Below are positions 1-10,170 of a stretch of 64,000 nucleotides of DNA, piece after piece; within the stretch, counting starts at the first letter, position 1; every line of letters starts with the position of its first letter. The DNA is from Acidobacteriota bacterium (GTDB lineage: Bacteria > Acidobacteriota > UBA6911 > RPQK01 > JAJDTT01). Position numbers and translations under genes: made by a program. The notes under the pieces were generated by a model, which saw nothing but the letters and a program-made list of their open reading frames with translations, did not search any database and was not told the DNA's origin. The DNA is taken from assembly GCA_965263035.1 (NCBI GenBank), contig OZ253580.1, positions 1,920,001-1,984,000 on the forward strand, read 5' to 3'.

Positions 1-954
1 GAAGTTGGTGACGATCAGGTCCAGGCGTCCGTCCCCGTCGTAATCGCCGAAGTCCACTCCCATTCCGGCTCGGGCATGACCATCCTCGTTGTAGGCGACG
101 CCGGCCAGGAAACCGACTTCCTGGAAGGTGCCATCCCCCTGGTTGTGAAAGAGGAAATCGGCCACGGTGTCGTTGGCCACGAACAGGTCCATCCAGCCGT
201 CGTGATCATAGTCGGCGAAAGCGACCCCCAGAGACTTGCCGCGCGCTCCTGCAATTCCGCTGACTTCGCTCACGTCGGAGAAGGTCCCGTCGCCGTTGTT
301 GCGGTAGAGGACATTGGGATCACCCTGGAAGGCGCTGGGATGGCAATAGGACCGAAAGCCCCCACCCGAGCAAGGAGGATTCACTGCGGTGTCGAACAGG
401 ACGTAGTTGCAGACGAAGAGATCCAGGAGGCCGTCCCGGTCAAAATCGAAAAATCCGGCGCTGGTGGCCCAGTGCCCCGGGTTCCGGACTCCTGCCGAAT
501 CGGTCCCGTCGACAAAGGTCCCGTCCCCGTTGTTGACCAGCAGGACGCTTCTCAGGTAGCCGGTGACGTACAGGTCCGGGTCGCCGTCGTTGTCGTAGTC
601 TCCCGCCGCCGCCCCCATGCCGAAGAGTCCCCTGAGATCGATCCTGGACCGGGCCGTGACCTCGGTGAAGGTTCCACCGCCGTCGTTTCGATACATCTGG
701 CTGTTGGGATCGGTAGCCGGTTTCGGCTCCGGCAGACTCGATCCGTTGACCAGGAAGATGTCCTGGTCGCCGTCCCGGTCATAGTCGAGAAAGGCGGCTC
801 CCGGTCCCGCGATCTCAGGAAAATAGAATTCACCGGCGGCCCCGTTGAAGTGCCGGAAACGAATCCCCGCCTCCGTCGTAATATCCGTGAATTGGACCGG
901 CGCCGCCGGCAGCCAGATCCAATGCAGCATCGCCGGCAGGGCGATCCGGGTCAA
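1..954 (-). CDS. CRTAC1/ASPIC-UnbV family FG-GAP repeat protein (N-terminal part; runs off the window)
   Basis: Manual minus-strand translation from TTG 954 (or ATG 930): ..PVQFTDITTEAGIRFRHFNGAAGEFYFPEIAGPGAAFLDYDRDGDQDIFLVNG.., with repeated DxDxDG motifs. The track ORF 76..1065(+) is its antisense shadow. Confidence 0.85.
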   Translation of the reverse strand, partial: MTRIALPAMLHWIWLPAAPVQFTDITTEAGIRFRHFNGAAGEFYFPEIAGPGAAFLDYDRDGDQDIFLVNGSSLPEPKPATDPNSQMYRNDGGGTFTEVTARSRIDLRGLFGMGAAAGDYDNDGDPDLYVTGYLRSVLLVNNGDGTFVDGTDSAGVRNPGHWATSAGFFDFDRDGLLDLFVCNYVLFDTAVNPPCSGGGFRSYCHPSAFQGDPNVLYRNNGDGTFSDVSEVSGIAGARGKSLGVAFADYDHDGWMDLFVANDTVADFLFHNQGDGTFQEVGFLAGVAYNEDGHARAGMGVDFGDYDGDGRLDLIVTNF

Positions 955-967
955 GAGCCGGATCGTC

Positions 968-2359
968 CTACTTCGATCCAAAGACGGAGAAGTCGTCGCC
1001 GACCCCTGCATAGATGTGGAATCTTTCCTTGCGCGAACGTTCCTGCTGCAGCTCCAGCCGCTTGAATTCCCGGAGCAGCCGTTGGGCCTCCGTCCGGCGT
1101 CCCAGTTTGGCGTTGACCTGCGCCGCCTTGTAGTGTGCGGAAATGTGATCTTCCTGCAAGATCAGGACCCGGCTCAGGAGACTCAGGCTACTCGCGTAGT
1201 CGCCCTCTTGAAAGCGGATGAGGGCCTGATAGTAGAGGGTCTCCACCCGGTCCGGCTCCCGCCGGCGAACCTGCTCGAAGTAGGGCTTGGCCTCGGTCTC
1301 GAGTCCCTGCTTGTAGAGGCTGACGCCCAGGTGGTGAGCCGCGTCGTTGGAATCCGGGTCCAAGCTCAACACCTTGCGGAGCTCGGCGGCGGCTTCGTCG
1401 AAGCGCCCCTGCATGCCGTAGGCAAGGGCCAGGTGAAGGTACCCCTGGGGATCCTGGGGACGCATCCGAATGGACTCCTGGAACGAGTCGATAGCCTGGT
1501 TGACCTTCCGCGCCAGACCGTAGCCGATCCCCATGGAGCTGACGATTTCGGGATCTCTCCCCTGGCGTTCCGCGGCTTCGCGGAGAATCGTGACGGCGCC
1601 CGAATAGCGGCCGCTGTCCAGCAGCATCAGCCCCAGGGCATGGAGTCCTTCCCCGTCAAGGGCAAACAGACGGCGCAACCGGCGGGTCGTTACCGCAGCC
1701 TCCGCCTCCCTACCCAACTTGAACTGGGTCTTGGCCAGATGCAGAAGCAGCTCCGGATCCTCAGGCGCCTGACCCAGCGCCCGGACGGTGTTCTCCAGGG
1801 CCGCTTCAATGTCTCCCACGTCGTAGAGCAAGCTGGCCAATCCCTTCAATGACGGGAGATGGACCGGGTTCCAATGGAGCACCCGCTCGAATTGGCGCCG
1901 GGCTTCCGGGAGATGATCGGTCTTGGCGTAGAGGCGGGCCAGGTTGCTTCGGGCGTCGATGAAATCATCGCGGAGGCTCACGGCCCGCTCGAAGTAGGCG
2001 ATGGACCGCTCCGCCTGTCCGCGCAGGTCGGCGATGATCCCGGCCACGTTCAATGCCTGGGGGATTTCCGGAAAATCGGCAAGAAGCCTTCGGATCTTCT
2101 CGTCGGCTCCGGCGTAGTCCCCCGACTCCAGCAAGGCGATGGCGCTCCCATAGAGTGCCTGCGCCTGAGCCCGATCCTGTCCCAGAAGCATGGACCCGGC
2201 ACCGGGCACGATAAAGAGAAGCGCCAGGAGCATTGGCGCAAAGCCACACCTGCCCGCAACGTGGGCATGGAAGCGATCGGTCTGGGACCTGGGATTCGGA
2301 ATCGGCCTGAAGCCTGAGTTTCGGAAACAGACGGCTGGGGAAGGAATAAAGTCTTTCAA
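968..2359 (-). CDS. Tetratricopeptide-repeat protein, probably secreted (true start may be downstream, near MLLALLFIV)
   Basis: Multiple TPR-like helices (ARSNLARLY, GYLHLALAYGMQGRFDEA, AHYKAAQV) and a hydrophobic signal-like segment. It lies between the TonB receptor and CRTAC1 genes. Confidence 0.85.
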   Translation of the reverse strand: MKDFIPSPAVCFRNSGFRPIPNPRSQTDRFHAHVAGRCGFAPMLLALLFIVPGAGSMLLGQDRAQAQALYGSAIALLESGDYAGADEKIRRLLADFPEIPQALNVAGIIADLRGQAERSIAYFERAVSLRDDFIDARSNLARLYAKTDHLPEARRQFERVLHWNPVHLPSLKGLASLLYDVGDIEAALENTVRALGQAPEDPELLLHLAKTQFKLGREAEAAVTTRRLRRLFALDGEGLHALGLMLLDSGRYSGAVTILREAAERQGRDPEIVSSMGIGYGLARKVNQAIDSFQESIRMRPQDPQGYLHLALAYGMQGRFDEAAAELRKVLSLDPDSNDAAHHLGVSLYKQGLETEAKPYFEQVRRREPDRVETLYYQALIRFQEGDYASSLSLLSRVLILQEDHISAHYKAAQVNAKLGRRTEAQRLLREFKRLELQQERSRKERFHIYAGVGDDFSVFGSK

Positions 2360-2448
2360 AAGGCTCTATCCCTTTTCACAGGCGGTCTTGTCGATCCGGA
2401 TCTATCGGATACGCGGGTGAGGGGACCGAGGCCCCTCACCCGCACCAT

Positions 2449-5400
2449 TCAGAATGAAAATCTCAGTCCAAACTGGAAGATCCGTCCGGGCAGGGCGCTC
2501 GAAACCACGCCGAAACTGGCTCGCTCCAGTCGACTTCCCGGTTTGCCGAAGTTCACGTTGTTGAAGAAATTGAAGGAGTCGAACCGAAGCTGGAACTTGG
2601 CCCGCTCGTTGAATTGAGGAACGTAGAAGTTCTTGGCCACGGAGAAATCGAAGTTGATGTAGCCGTCGGTATCCAGAAAATGGACGCCGCTGTTGCCGAA
2701 GGTGCCCAGCGCCGGCATCTGGAAACACTTGGCGCCGAACCATTGGTTGATGGCCCGCCCCCCGTTTCCGTCACAGGTGCGATCGGGCCGCTTGTTGGTG
2801 GCGATCTGCTCGGTGTTGGAAGGATCGAACGAGGTCGTGGGATGGAAGCCGAAACCGCTCTGCAGGCTGCCGATCCCCGAGAGCTGCCAGCCCCCGAACA
2901 GGTTCCGGGTGAAGGTGCTCATATCCTGCATCCTGGGCGTCTCGTAGATGAAACTGGTGACGAATCGTTGGCGCACGTCGAAGGTGCTGCGGCCCTTGTC
3001 CGGCTTGCCCGGCACATAGGCCCGGGACCCCTTGTTGTCGAAGGAATCCCAGTCCAGCGACTTGGAGTAGGTATAGGCCGCGGTGAAGCTCAAGCCGCCG
3101 CTCAACCGCTTGCGCAGGCTCGTCTCCAACCCGTGATAGTAGGCTTGGCCTTCGCCCTGGTCGGTCAGAATCCAGGCGTAGTTCTTGAAGGGCCGCTTGG
3201 TGATCCGGCACGCGCTCCCGCATTCCGGCTGCTGCGGATTGCGAAGGACGTTGATGTTGCGGCGCTTCGACATGTGAATGCCGTGGGAGCCGACGTAGGC
3301 GATCTCGGTGAACAGGTCGGAGCCCCAGGTCTTCTGCATGCTCAGCGTCCAGACCTGCTGGTAGGGATCCCGCCGCTGGGTCTCACTGTTCATGATGAAG
3401 AAGACGTTGGGACCCATGATGGAGGTCGGCTCGATAGCCGGCGGGTCCGGGAGTTGCCCCGTGGTGCTCAGGGTGGGCGACAGGAGGTCACTGATGTAAT
3501 TCTGCCCGACCCCGACACTGGGTCCGATGGAGTCCCAGCCTCGATCGTTGCCCGGCACGTCATCGTAGAAGACGCCGAAGCTGCTGCGGATGGCGAGATC
3601 GTCGCGCCCGCCCGGCGTCCAGGCAAAACCGATCCGCGGCGCGAAGTCATTGCCGTCGATGTCCACCAGTCTCGGCTTGTCCGGCGTGGCCTGGATCGTG
3701 CTTCCGTCACCCTCTTGAATGAAAAGCATGATGAGGTGGTCCTCGTCGGTTTCCCAGGGGTAGACCTGATACCTCATGCCCAGGGACAGAGTGAAGTTCT
3801 GAGCCAGCTTGATGTCATCCTGAATGAATCCGTTGTACCAGATGGCATGCTTCTTGACCGGGCTCTGGTAATTGACCCCGTCGATGCTGCTGGGATGCCC
3901 CAACAGAAAGTCGGCGAAATTGTGCCCGCTGAAATTGTTGTTGAAGGTGAACCTCCCGGCGTGGCCGCTCACGATGGCCAGATCCTGGCGCTTTCTCCGC
4001 ACCTCGGCGCCCAGCATGACCTGATGTTTGCCTTCGATCCAGTTCACGTTGACCAGGTAGTGCTGATCCTTCTGAACCGGTTCTTCGCAGTTGTTGCTCC
4101 AGGTTCCGAAGCCACCCACTCCGCCGATGCCCAGGGACAGGACGCGGTTGCACACGGGAACCGTGTTGATGTTCTTGACGCCGAAGACCTGACCCCAATC
4201 GGTCTCCGTGTCCTGGGACCGGCCGGCGGCGGAGAAATCCACCCGGTTGAGGCCTCCCTTGAGGTTGAGGGTCAGTGCGGGACCGAAGACGTGAACCCAA
4301 TCGATCACCATGTTGTCCGCGTGCAACGGGCGCGTCGAGTCCTCCCGAATGATTCGGTCCTCCAGCCGGTCCGACCGGCTGTAGGAATAGCGGCCGAAGA
4401 ACTTGTCGTTTTCGGAGGCCGCGTAGTCGAAGCGCACCAGCACCTTGTTTTCGTCCACGACAGTCAGCGTGGGGCCGATGTAGTTCAACGCTGCACCGGG
4501 ATGGGTGGGACCCGGAATGAATCCCCTTTCCATCCAGGTCTGAGCGAAACCGTCGATTCGAGAACTCGGGACCTGGTTGTTGTTGAAGGGGTTTCCGGTC
4601 ATGGGGTCGACCAGTTGGGTGTCGGGGAGGAGGTCGGAGAAGTCTCCGTTCAGCCATCCGGCATGGGGAACGCTCCCTCTCCCGGTTCCGGACTCCCGGC
4701 CGCGGATCCCCTCGTAGCTTCCGTACCAGAACAACTTGTCGGAGAGAATCGGGCCACCCACCTCGAAACCGTACTGGTTGCGCAGAATCTCCGGGCTGCC
4801 GACGTCGAAGAAATTGCGGGCGTTGGTGTTGTCGTTCTGGTGCGCCTCCCAGAGCGTGCCGTGAACTTCGTTGGTGCCCGATTTGGTCACCACGTTGATG
4901 ACGGCGGCGTTGTCGTAGTTGCCGGCAAAATAGCCCTTCTGGACCTTGAACTCCCGTAACGTCTCCACCGCCGGGATCGTGGCCACCAGACCGATGTAGA
5001 ACTCCTTGCTGGGAATGCCGTCGAAGAGGACGTTGGTCGACACGTGCCTCTGCCCAGAAATGGCCACCTGCAGGTTGCTCCGGTTGGCGTAGGACGAACC
5101 GAACTCGCCGGTGGGCAGCTCGGGCGTCACTCCGGCGGTGATGCTGGCCAGGGTCATGAAGTTCTTCTCACCCGAGGGGAGCTCGAGAATCTCGGTCTCT
5201 CCGACCACTTCACCCAGTGAGGGCTCCTCCGACTCGACGACGTTGCGGGACGCCTGCACCGTCACCTGCTCTGCGATCGCGCCCACGTCGAGGGCCACAT
5301 CCCGTCTCACGACGCTGTCGACCCGGACCTCGATCCCACTGATCACCGTGGTCTTGAAACCGGGCAAGGAGGCCGTGAGATCGTAGATGCCGGGGGGAAG

Positions 5401-5661
5401 GTTGGGGACTCGATAGAGTCCCTGGTCGTTGACCACCGCCACCGAATCCACGCCCGTGGCCGTATTCGTGGCCGTGACCTCCGCTCCGGGAAGCACCGCG
5501 CCCGAAGTGTCGGCCACGTTGCCGGTGATGGTGCCTGAGATCTGCTGGCCCAGGACACCGGCAGAAGCCATCAGCACGAGAGCCACCACCAGTCCGAGCT
5601 GCGAGTTTTTGCTTGCCATTGATCCGAATCTCCAGAAAGGCGAGTCATACGGGGGACGCAT
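2449..5661 (-). CDS. TonB-dependent receptor with N-terminal carboxypeptidase-regulatory-like domain
   Basis: 1070 aa with a signal peptide, GTITGNVADTSGAVLPGAEV, VINVVTKSGTNEVHG, DGNDFAPRIGFAW and C-terminal GRIFQFGLRFSF. Confidence 0.93.
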   Translation of the reverse strand: MRPPYDSPFWRFGSMASKNSQLGLVVALVLMASAGVLGQQISGTITGNVADTSGAVLPGAEVTATNTATGVDSVAVVNDQGLYRVPNLPPGIYDLTASLPGFKTTVISGIEVRVDSVVRRDVALDVGAIAEQVTVQASRNVVESEEPSLGEVVGETEILELPSGEKNFMTLASITAGVTPELPTGEFGSSYANRSNLQVAISGQRHVSTNVLFDGIPSKEFYIGLVATIPAVETLREFKVQKGYFAGNYDNAAVINVVTKSGTNEVHGTLWEAHQNDNTNARNFFDVGSPEILRNQYGFEVGGPILSDKLFWYGSYEGIRGRESGTGRGSVPHAGWLNGDFSDLLPDTQLVDPMTGNPFNNNQVPSSRIDGFAQTWMERGFIPGPTHPGAALNYIGPTLTVVDENKVLVRFDYAASENDKFFGRYSYSRSDRLEDRIIREDSTRPLHADNMVIDWVHVFGPALTLNLKGGLNRVDFSAAGRSQDTETDWGQVFGVKNINTVPVCNRVLSLGIGGVGGFGTWSNNCEEPVQKDQHYLVNVNWIEGKHQVMLGAEVRRKRQDLAIVSGHAGRFTFNNNFSGHNFADFLLGHPSSIDGVNYQSPVKKHAIWYNGFIQDDIKLAQNFTLSLGMRYQVYPWETDEDHLIMLFIQEGDGSTIQATPDKPRLVDIDGNDFAPRIGFAWTPGGRDDLAIRSSFGVFYDDVPGNDRGWDSIGPSVGVGQNYISDLLSPTLSTTGQLPDPPAIEPTSIMGPNVFFIMNSETQRRDPYQQVWTLSMQKTWGSDLFTEIAYVGSHGIHMSKRRNINVLRNPQQPECGSACRITKRPFKNYAWILTDQGEGQAYYHGLETSLRKRLSGGLSFTAAYTYSKSLDWDSFDNKGSRAYVPGKPDKGRSTFDVRQRFVTSFIYETPRMQDMSTFTRNLFGGWQLSGIGSLQSGFGFHPTTSFDPSNTEQIATNKRPDRTCDGNGGRAINQWFGAKCFQMPALGTFGNSGVHFLDTDGYINFDFSVAKNFYVPQFNERAKFQLRFDSFNFFNNVNFGKPGSRLERASFGVVSSALPGRIFQFGLRFSF

Positions 5662-5937
5662 AGAGGGCGTTTTCCCCGAGAAGATCAGGCAGCCAGAGAA
5701 ATCTGGAAAACCAGAGAAAACTGGAAACCTACAAAAGAACCGAGGGAATTTTGAGTGTGCCCAGGGACCATTGTCAAGACCAAGGGAAATTTTCGTTCAG
5801 CACCGGTCCCGGTACGCTATGGCCATCCTGCCGGACAGGTCCGTGAACCCAAACTCATGGAGTTATTCGGTGACTGATGGACAACCCCCGACCGAACCCA
5901 CAGAATCCGGGAAACCCCGGAAGGTGAAGCCATTCCG

Positions 5938-6447
5938 ATGTTGAAACTCTTCGTCTACGGCACCCTCAAACGAGGCTACGGGAACCACAATCGTTACTGC
6001 CCGGGAGCCTTGGATATCCGGGACGCGCAAGTTCTCGGCCGACTTTACGACGGACCGGGCTTCCCGGTTCTCGAGGTGCCCGGCGAGGATGTCCTGGCCT
6101 GCGGAACCGCGGATCCCCTCGCCGACGTCGGAACGCAAACGCGCCTCTCCGGCCGGGTCGGAAAGTACCCCCGGCCGGTTCCGGAAGGCACCATAACGGG
6201 GCGCTGGGGAACCGTGTACGGGGAACTCCTCAGCTTCGACGACCCGGAATCCCGGTTGCCGGCCATCGACCGGCTGGAGGGCTTCCGTCCGAACGGCTCC
6301 AGCCTCTACCGGCGGGTACTGGTGCCGGTCACGGTGGGCGGCGTCCGCGAGCTCGCCTGGGTCTACACTCTCGAAGCGATGGACATCAAACACCGCCGGA
6401 TCCGGTCCGGCCGCTGGCCCGAGCGGCGGTCTACCGGCCCCGAATGA
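5938..6447 (+). CDS. Gamma-glutamylcyclotransferase (AIG2-like) family protein
   Basis: LFVYGTLKRG, VYGEL, IDRLEG, LYRR and AWVY motifs. Confidence 0.88.
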   Translation: MLKLFVYGTLKRGYGNHNRYCPGALDIRDAQVLGRLYDGPGFPVLEVPGEDVLACGTADPLADVGTQTRLSGRVGKYPRPVPEGTITGRWGTVYGELLSFDDPESRLPAIDRLEGFRPNGSSLYRRVLVPVTVGGVRELAWVYTLEAMDIKHRRIRSGRWPERRSTGPE

Positions 6448-6500
6448 GTTGCTTTCGATTCGCCGCTATCCCGTGGATGCCGAACTGCCCCCCGGGCCGT

Positions 6501-7340
6501 TTATCTCACCCAGAACCGATACAGCGGTTTGACGTCTTCCGGCAGGGATTCGTAGACGCTCCTTCTCACCGGCGGCAATTCGTAGTTCTTTCCGCCGGTC
6601 TCCACGACCATGGCGGTGTGCTCGGGAGTGCCGATCATGGTGGGATTCAGATTGAGCCACCAGGGAGCGTAACGAATCAGGATGGCGACCCTGGGCTCCC
6701 GGCTCCGGTTGGGTGCGACCGCGTGCCAGAGCCGGCTGTCACTCACGAACACGCTCCCGGCGGGACCGCAGACGTTCATCTCCGTCGGGTAGGGGTCGTC
6801 TTCGGGGACCGAATTCCCCCTGCCGGCCGGGTTGCTGGACATCCGGTGACTCCCGGGAACGACCAGGGTGCCGCCTGTCTCGGCGCTGAAAGGAGACAGC
6901 ATCCAGATGGTCGAGATGTGCATCATGGCGTCCGGGTAGGGCGCGCGAACGTGGGAGGCGTTGGTTCGATTGTAGGGCCAGTCCGCGTGCAGATAGCCGC
7001 GCCCGTTTCCCGGATTGTTGATCACGCAGTCGGTGCAGGAAATCCGGACCCACGGGCCGAAGAAGGCTTCGGCCAGATCCAGGATCCGCCGGTCGGCCAG
7101 GTAGGGCGCGAAGGCCTGGGTCTCGTTGATCACCTGCCGGAGATTGGCGACCCCCATGACTCCGATCCGGTGTCCCCGGGCCCGGGTCGCGGCCAGTTCG
7201 GCTTCGGCTTCCTCGTGCCGCCGGGCCTGGGCCTCGAAGACGCTCTTCCGGACCTCGTCGACCTGCTCACTCGGGATGATTCCTTCGATGACACAGAACC
7301 CGTCCACCTGCAATCGGCGGATCCTCTCCTCCGTGGTCAT
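6501..7340 (-). CDS. Phytanoyl-CoA dioxygenase (PhyH) family 2OG-Fe(II) oxygenase
   Basis: Start ATG 7340 (MTTEERIRRLQVDGF) with a GGAGG RBS. HxD (LHADWP), GGTLVVPGSH and distal His (RLWHAV). Confidence 0.9.
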   Translation of the reverse strand: MTTEERIRRLQVDGFCVIEGIIPSEQVDEVRKSVFEAQARRHEEAEAELAATRARGHRIGVMGVANLRQVINETQAFAPYLADRRILDLAEAFFGPWVRISCTDCVINNPGNGRGYLHADWPYNRTNASHVRAPYPDAMMHISTIWMLSPFSAETGGTLVVPGSHRMSSNPAGRGNSVPEDDPYPTEMNVCGPAGSVFVSDSRLWHAVAPNRSREPRVAILIRYAPWWLNLNPTMIGTPEHTAMVVETGGKNYELPPVRRSVYESLPEDVKPLYRFWVR

Positions 7341-7376
7341 TCGAACCTCCGTGGCCGACCGGCCGAGGCTTCCTTG

Positions 7377-7534
7377 CAGTCCGTGGTGAAAGTCCCGCGA
7401 GCACCGAGACCGTTCCTGCGCCCGCCGGACAAGGCGCGATTCGGGAGCATACCGCGAGTATGTGACCGAATCGCAACGCAGTCCGCCGGGATGCAGGGAC
7501 GGTCGAATGCCGTGACGACTTTTGCCACGGGCTG
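7377..7534 (-). mobile_element. MITE family A, copy 1 (158 bp)
   Basis: Near-identical reverse complement of 45300-45457 and 53068-53225. Imperfect 18-bp TIRs CAG(C/T)CCGTGG..AAAGTC. Confidence 0.88.
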
Positions 7535-7555
7535 CCTGGCCTGCCGAACGAAGAG

Positions 7556-9205
7556 TCAGGAATCGGCGGGAACGATTCTGAACCTGACCCTCTCTCCGAC
7601 GTCTCGCCGCTGGATCTTGTCCTCGACTCTGACGACAAGGCTGTAATCCCCGGCTTCCATGCCGTCCAACTTGAACACCAACGCTGCCGCCACCCGGTCG
7701 CTGAAGCGGGAGAAGAGATGCGTGGCGGGACCGTCGATGAGCTCCTCTCCTCTGGAATTCACGATGGACGCCGAAATGTCCAGGTCGACCAGGTCGCGGC
7801 TCTGGTCGACGTCGAAGCTGTAAACCTCGAAGTAGACCCCGAGCCGGTCCCCGGGACTGAACCGCCGCGCCTGGACCGGATACACCTTCCAACCCAGCGC
7901 CGTCAGGAAGGGGCTGGGCAGGGTTTCGCCTTCAGCTTTGACGATCGTGTCCGAGAGCACCAGGGACGAAAGGGCGAGCCCGTCGGGAACCGTTACCGGT
8001 AGTTGCAGCCGCTGCTGCAGGTGTCCGATCTTCTGGCTCCCCAAGTCCTTGGCGATCAGATCGAGTTTGTAGATGCCGGGCGGCAGGGGGAGGATCTTCT
8101 GGAAGGATTTCTGTCCCTTCGCCTCCGTGGCGGCGCCCCGCCGGTCGTCGTAGATCGTCTCCTCGAACTCACTGACGATCCGGCCTCCCATGCTCTTCAC
8201 CGAGCCGTACAGATTCACGGTCGCCCGAGGCACGGCTCCGGCCGAGGGATTCTCATAGGTCAGTTCCGTGAGCGGCAGAAATACGGTGATGGGAACCAGG
8301 AACGATTTTCCCGTCAGCCTGGTGTAGGAATTGACGGCGTTAAACGGCAGTTCGTCGTAACTGATGTTGGTCGCGACCGCGGCCTTGAGATCCTTGAACT
8401 GGATCCGAGGCGCCTGTTGCAGGCGGAAGAACCGATCCAGTCTGAGGAACGGATTCTGCGAATGCTTGTGAACCGCATCGAACTCGCCGCCGACCGACCG
8501 CATCGGGTCCATGGCGCGGATCCGCCCCGCCCGGGTGTCGAGGCCCATCCGCTCGAACAGCGTCAGGCCCGCCCCGTCCATGTAGAGGAGAGCGTCCTTC
8601 TCCTCCGGCCTCAGGGCCATCCGGTACTCCCCGGTCATGGTCTTGTCGACGAACTCGATTTCGATTCCGCTCCCGATGTGCTCCACATGGCCGTAGTACC
8701 ACTTTTCCATGGGATAGACGGCAGTGGTCCCGCCTCCCTCCTCGATATCCCGGTAGTAGGTCTGGCCGGCGCCGTAGCGATCCACCGAGGTGGGAGCCCC
8801 CAGGGCGATGTAGATCCGTCCCCGGTCCGACTTCCATCCCGGAATCCCGCCGCTGTGAAACCGTTCGTTGGAGTAGGCGATCCGGCGGTAGTGCTCGGTC
8901 TTGAACTCGTTGAACGAGTTGGAGGGATCGGGATCGCGGCGGCGCCAGAACTGCTCGATGAAGCTCTCCTTCTCCTCGGTGCTGGTCAACTTGGAAAAGA
9001 CGGCCTTCTCTTCCGGCGAGATGATGTAGACCACGTCCTGATTCAGCCACTTGGCGAAGGGATCCGCCTTTTCCTCGGCCTGACGGTCCTGAGCGGCGGA
9101 GGGTAGAGCAGAAAACACCGTACCGAAAAAGACCAGACAGATGGGCAGGAGGCGGGTCCGGCGAACCCGAGAGTGATGAGTGCGCCGCAGTGGGGACCAA
9201 TTCAT
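7556..9205 (-). CDS. GWxTD domain-containing protein
   Basis: KWLNQDVVYIISPEEK, FIEQFWRRRDP, EHYRRIAYSNERF, GWKSDRGRIYI. Start ATG 9205 overlaps the upstream stop (ATGA). Confidence 0.92.
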   Translation of the reverse strand: MNWSPLRRTHHSRVRRTRLLPICLVFFGTVFSALPSAAQDRQAEEKADPFAKWLNQDVVYIISPEEKAVFSKLTSTEEKESFIEQFWRRRDPDPSNSFNEFKTEHYRRIAYSNERFHSGGIPGWKSDRGRIYIALGAPTSVDRYGAGQTYYRDIEEGGGTTAVYPMEKWYYGHVEHIGSGIEIEFVDKTMTGEYRMALRPEEKDALLYMDGAGLTLFERMGLDTRAGRIRAMDPMRSVGGEFDAVHKHSQNPFLRLDRFFRLQQAPRIQFKDLKAAVATNISYDELPFNAVNSYTRLTGKSFLVPITVFLPLTELTYENPSAGAVPRATVNLYGSVKSMGGRIVSEFEETIYDDRRGAATEAKGQKSFQKILPLPPGIYKLDLIAKDLGSQKIGHLQQRLQLPVTVPDGLALSSLVLSDTIVKAEGETLPSPFLTALGWKVYPVQARRFSPGDRLGVYFEVYSFDVDQSRDLVDLDISASIVNSRGEELIDGPATHLFSRFSDRVAAALVFKLDGMEAGDYSLVVRVEDKIQRRDVGERVRFRIVPADS

Positions 9206-10062
9206 TCGACCTTGGCCTCCTCCTGCAGTTGGTAGAGCGATTTCCACATGCCGTCATAGGTGGGAATCAGAGGCGGCGGCCCCCCGAAACGGGCGAAACG
9301 GGACGGCCTGCCGCGCAGCATCTGGCCGGTCATGCCGTACGACGTCATTTCTCCGAAGTAGATCGGGTAGCAGTCGGTGGCCTGGTACCCATAGATCAGA
9401 GTGCGGCGCGGGTGCTCGGACCGGTTGGGAAGCGACGAGTGGGGCGTGATGCAGTGCAGGAGGATGACGCTTCCGGAAGGGCCGGCCAAGGACACCGGCT
9501 GACCGAAGCGGCCGCTGCTGAGATCCTCGGTGACCATGCCCGCGAACTGGCCATCGGCCCCCGTGTGGTCGAAGAAGTGGGTGTGGTGCCGTGGCAGGAC
9601 CTGCAGGCAGCCGTTCTCCTCGGTGGCATCGTCCACGTAAATCAACACCGCCACCTGGTCGTCGTTGGTGGAGGGGAAGTAGGCCATGTCCTGGTGCCAC
9701 TTGACGACCGATCCCACCCGGGCCGGCTTCATGTTGAGCTTGCTGTATTGCGCCGCGAAGTTGGGGCCGATCAACGGTTCCAGGCAATCCAGCAGGCGCG
9801 GCTCGGACCCGATCCGGCGAAAGGTCTCGTGCCGGTCGAAGGGTTCGTAGATCCTTCGCGGAACCGGACGTCCATCCTGCAGCTCGGGCTCCAGTTCCAG
9901 GACGTCGCTCCAGTCACCGCTCGCCAGCGCCGTTTCCGAGACTTCCCGGATGGCCCGATCGACAGCCGCCATATCGTCCGCGCCGAAGAACCCCGGCAGG
10001 AGCAGGTAACCCTCTCGCCGATAACTGTCCACCTGGTCGTCCGAGAGACGCGCGATCGTCAT
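9202..10062 (-). CDS. Phytanoyl-CoA dioxygenase (PhyH) family protein
   Basis: KLNMKP, WHQD, DDATEENGCLQVLP and TPHSSLPNRS motifs. Confidence 0.92.
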   Translation of the reverse strand: MTIARLSDDQVDSYRREGYLLLPGFFGADDMAAVDRAIREVSETALASGDWSDVLELEPELQDGRPVPRRIYEPFDRHETFRRIGSEPRLLDCLEPLIGPNFAAQYSKLNMKPARVGSVVKWHQDMAYFPSTNDDQVAVLIYVDDATEENGCLQVLPRHHTHFFDHTGADGQFAGMVTEDLSSGRFGQPVSLAGPSGSVILLHCITPHSSLPNRSEHPRRTLIYGYQATDCYPIYFGEMTSYGMTGQMLRGRPSRFARFGGPPPLIPTYDGMWKSLYQLQEEAKVE

Positions 10063-10170
10063 GTTTCACCTTTCGTACCGGAAGAGCGCATTCTGGAAGC
10101 CACGCACCGGCCTTGATGTTGATTTGGTTACCTTCCATTATCGTGGCAACCGAGTGATGCCCGCAAGAGG

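Noticed and set aside
2614-4959. Long antisense or alternative-frame ORFs (also 76..1065, 45445..48228, 41673..43769 and the 5' part of 14874..17114)
   Set aside because: They are shadow ORFs of real genes in high-GC DNA, with no recognisable motifs.
5693-5730. Short imperfect tandem repeat upstream of the TonB receptor, and the purine tract at 18375-18410
   Set aside because: Only two copies or low complexity; no function can be supported.
7341-7892. N-terminal extension of PhyH in the ORF track; similar extensions at 38883-39065 and 57056-57166
   Set aside because: The extensions run through a MITE, a repeat or a neighbouring gene, and better starts lie downstream.
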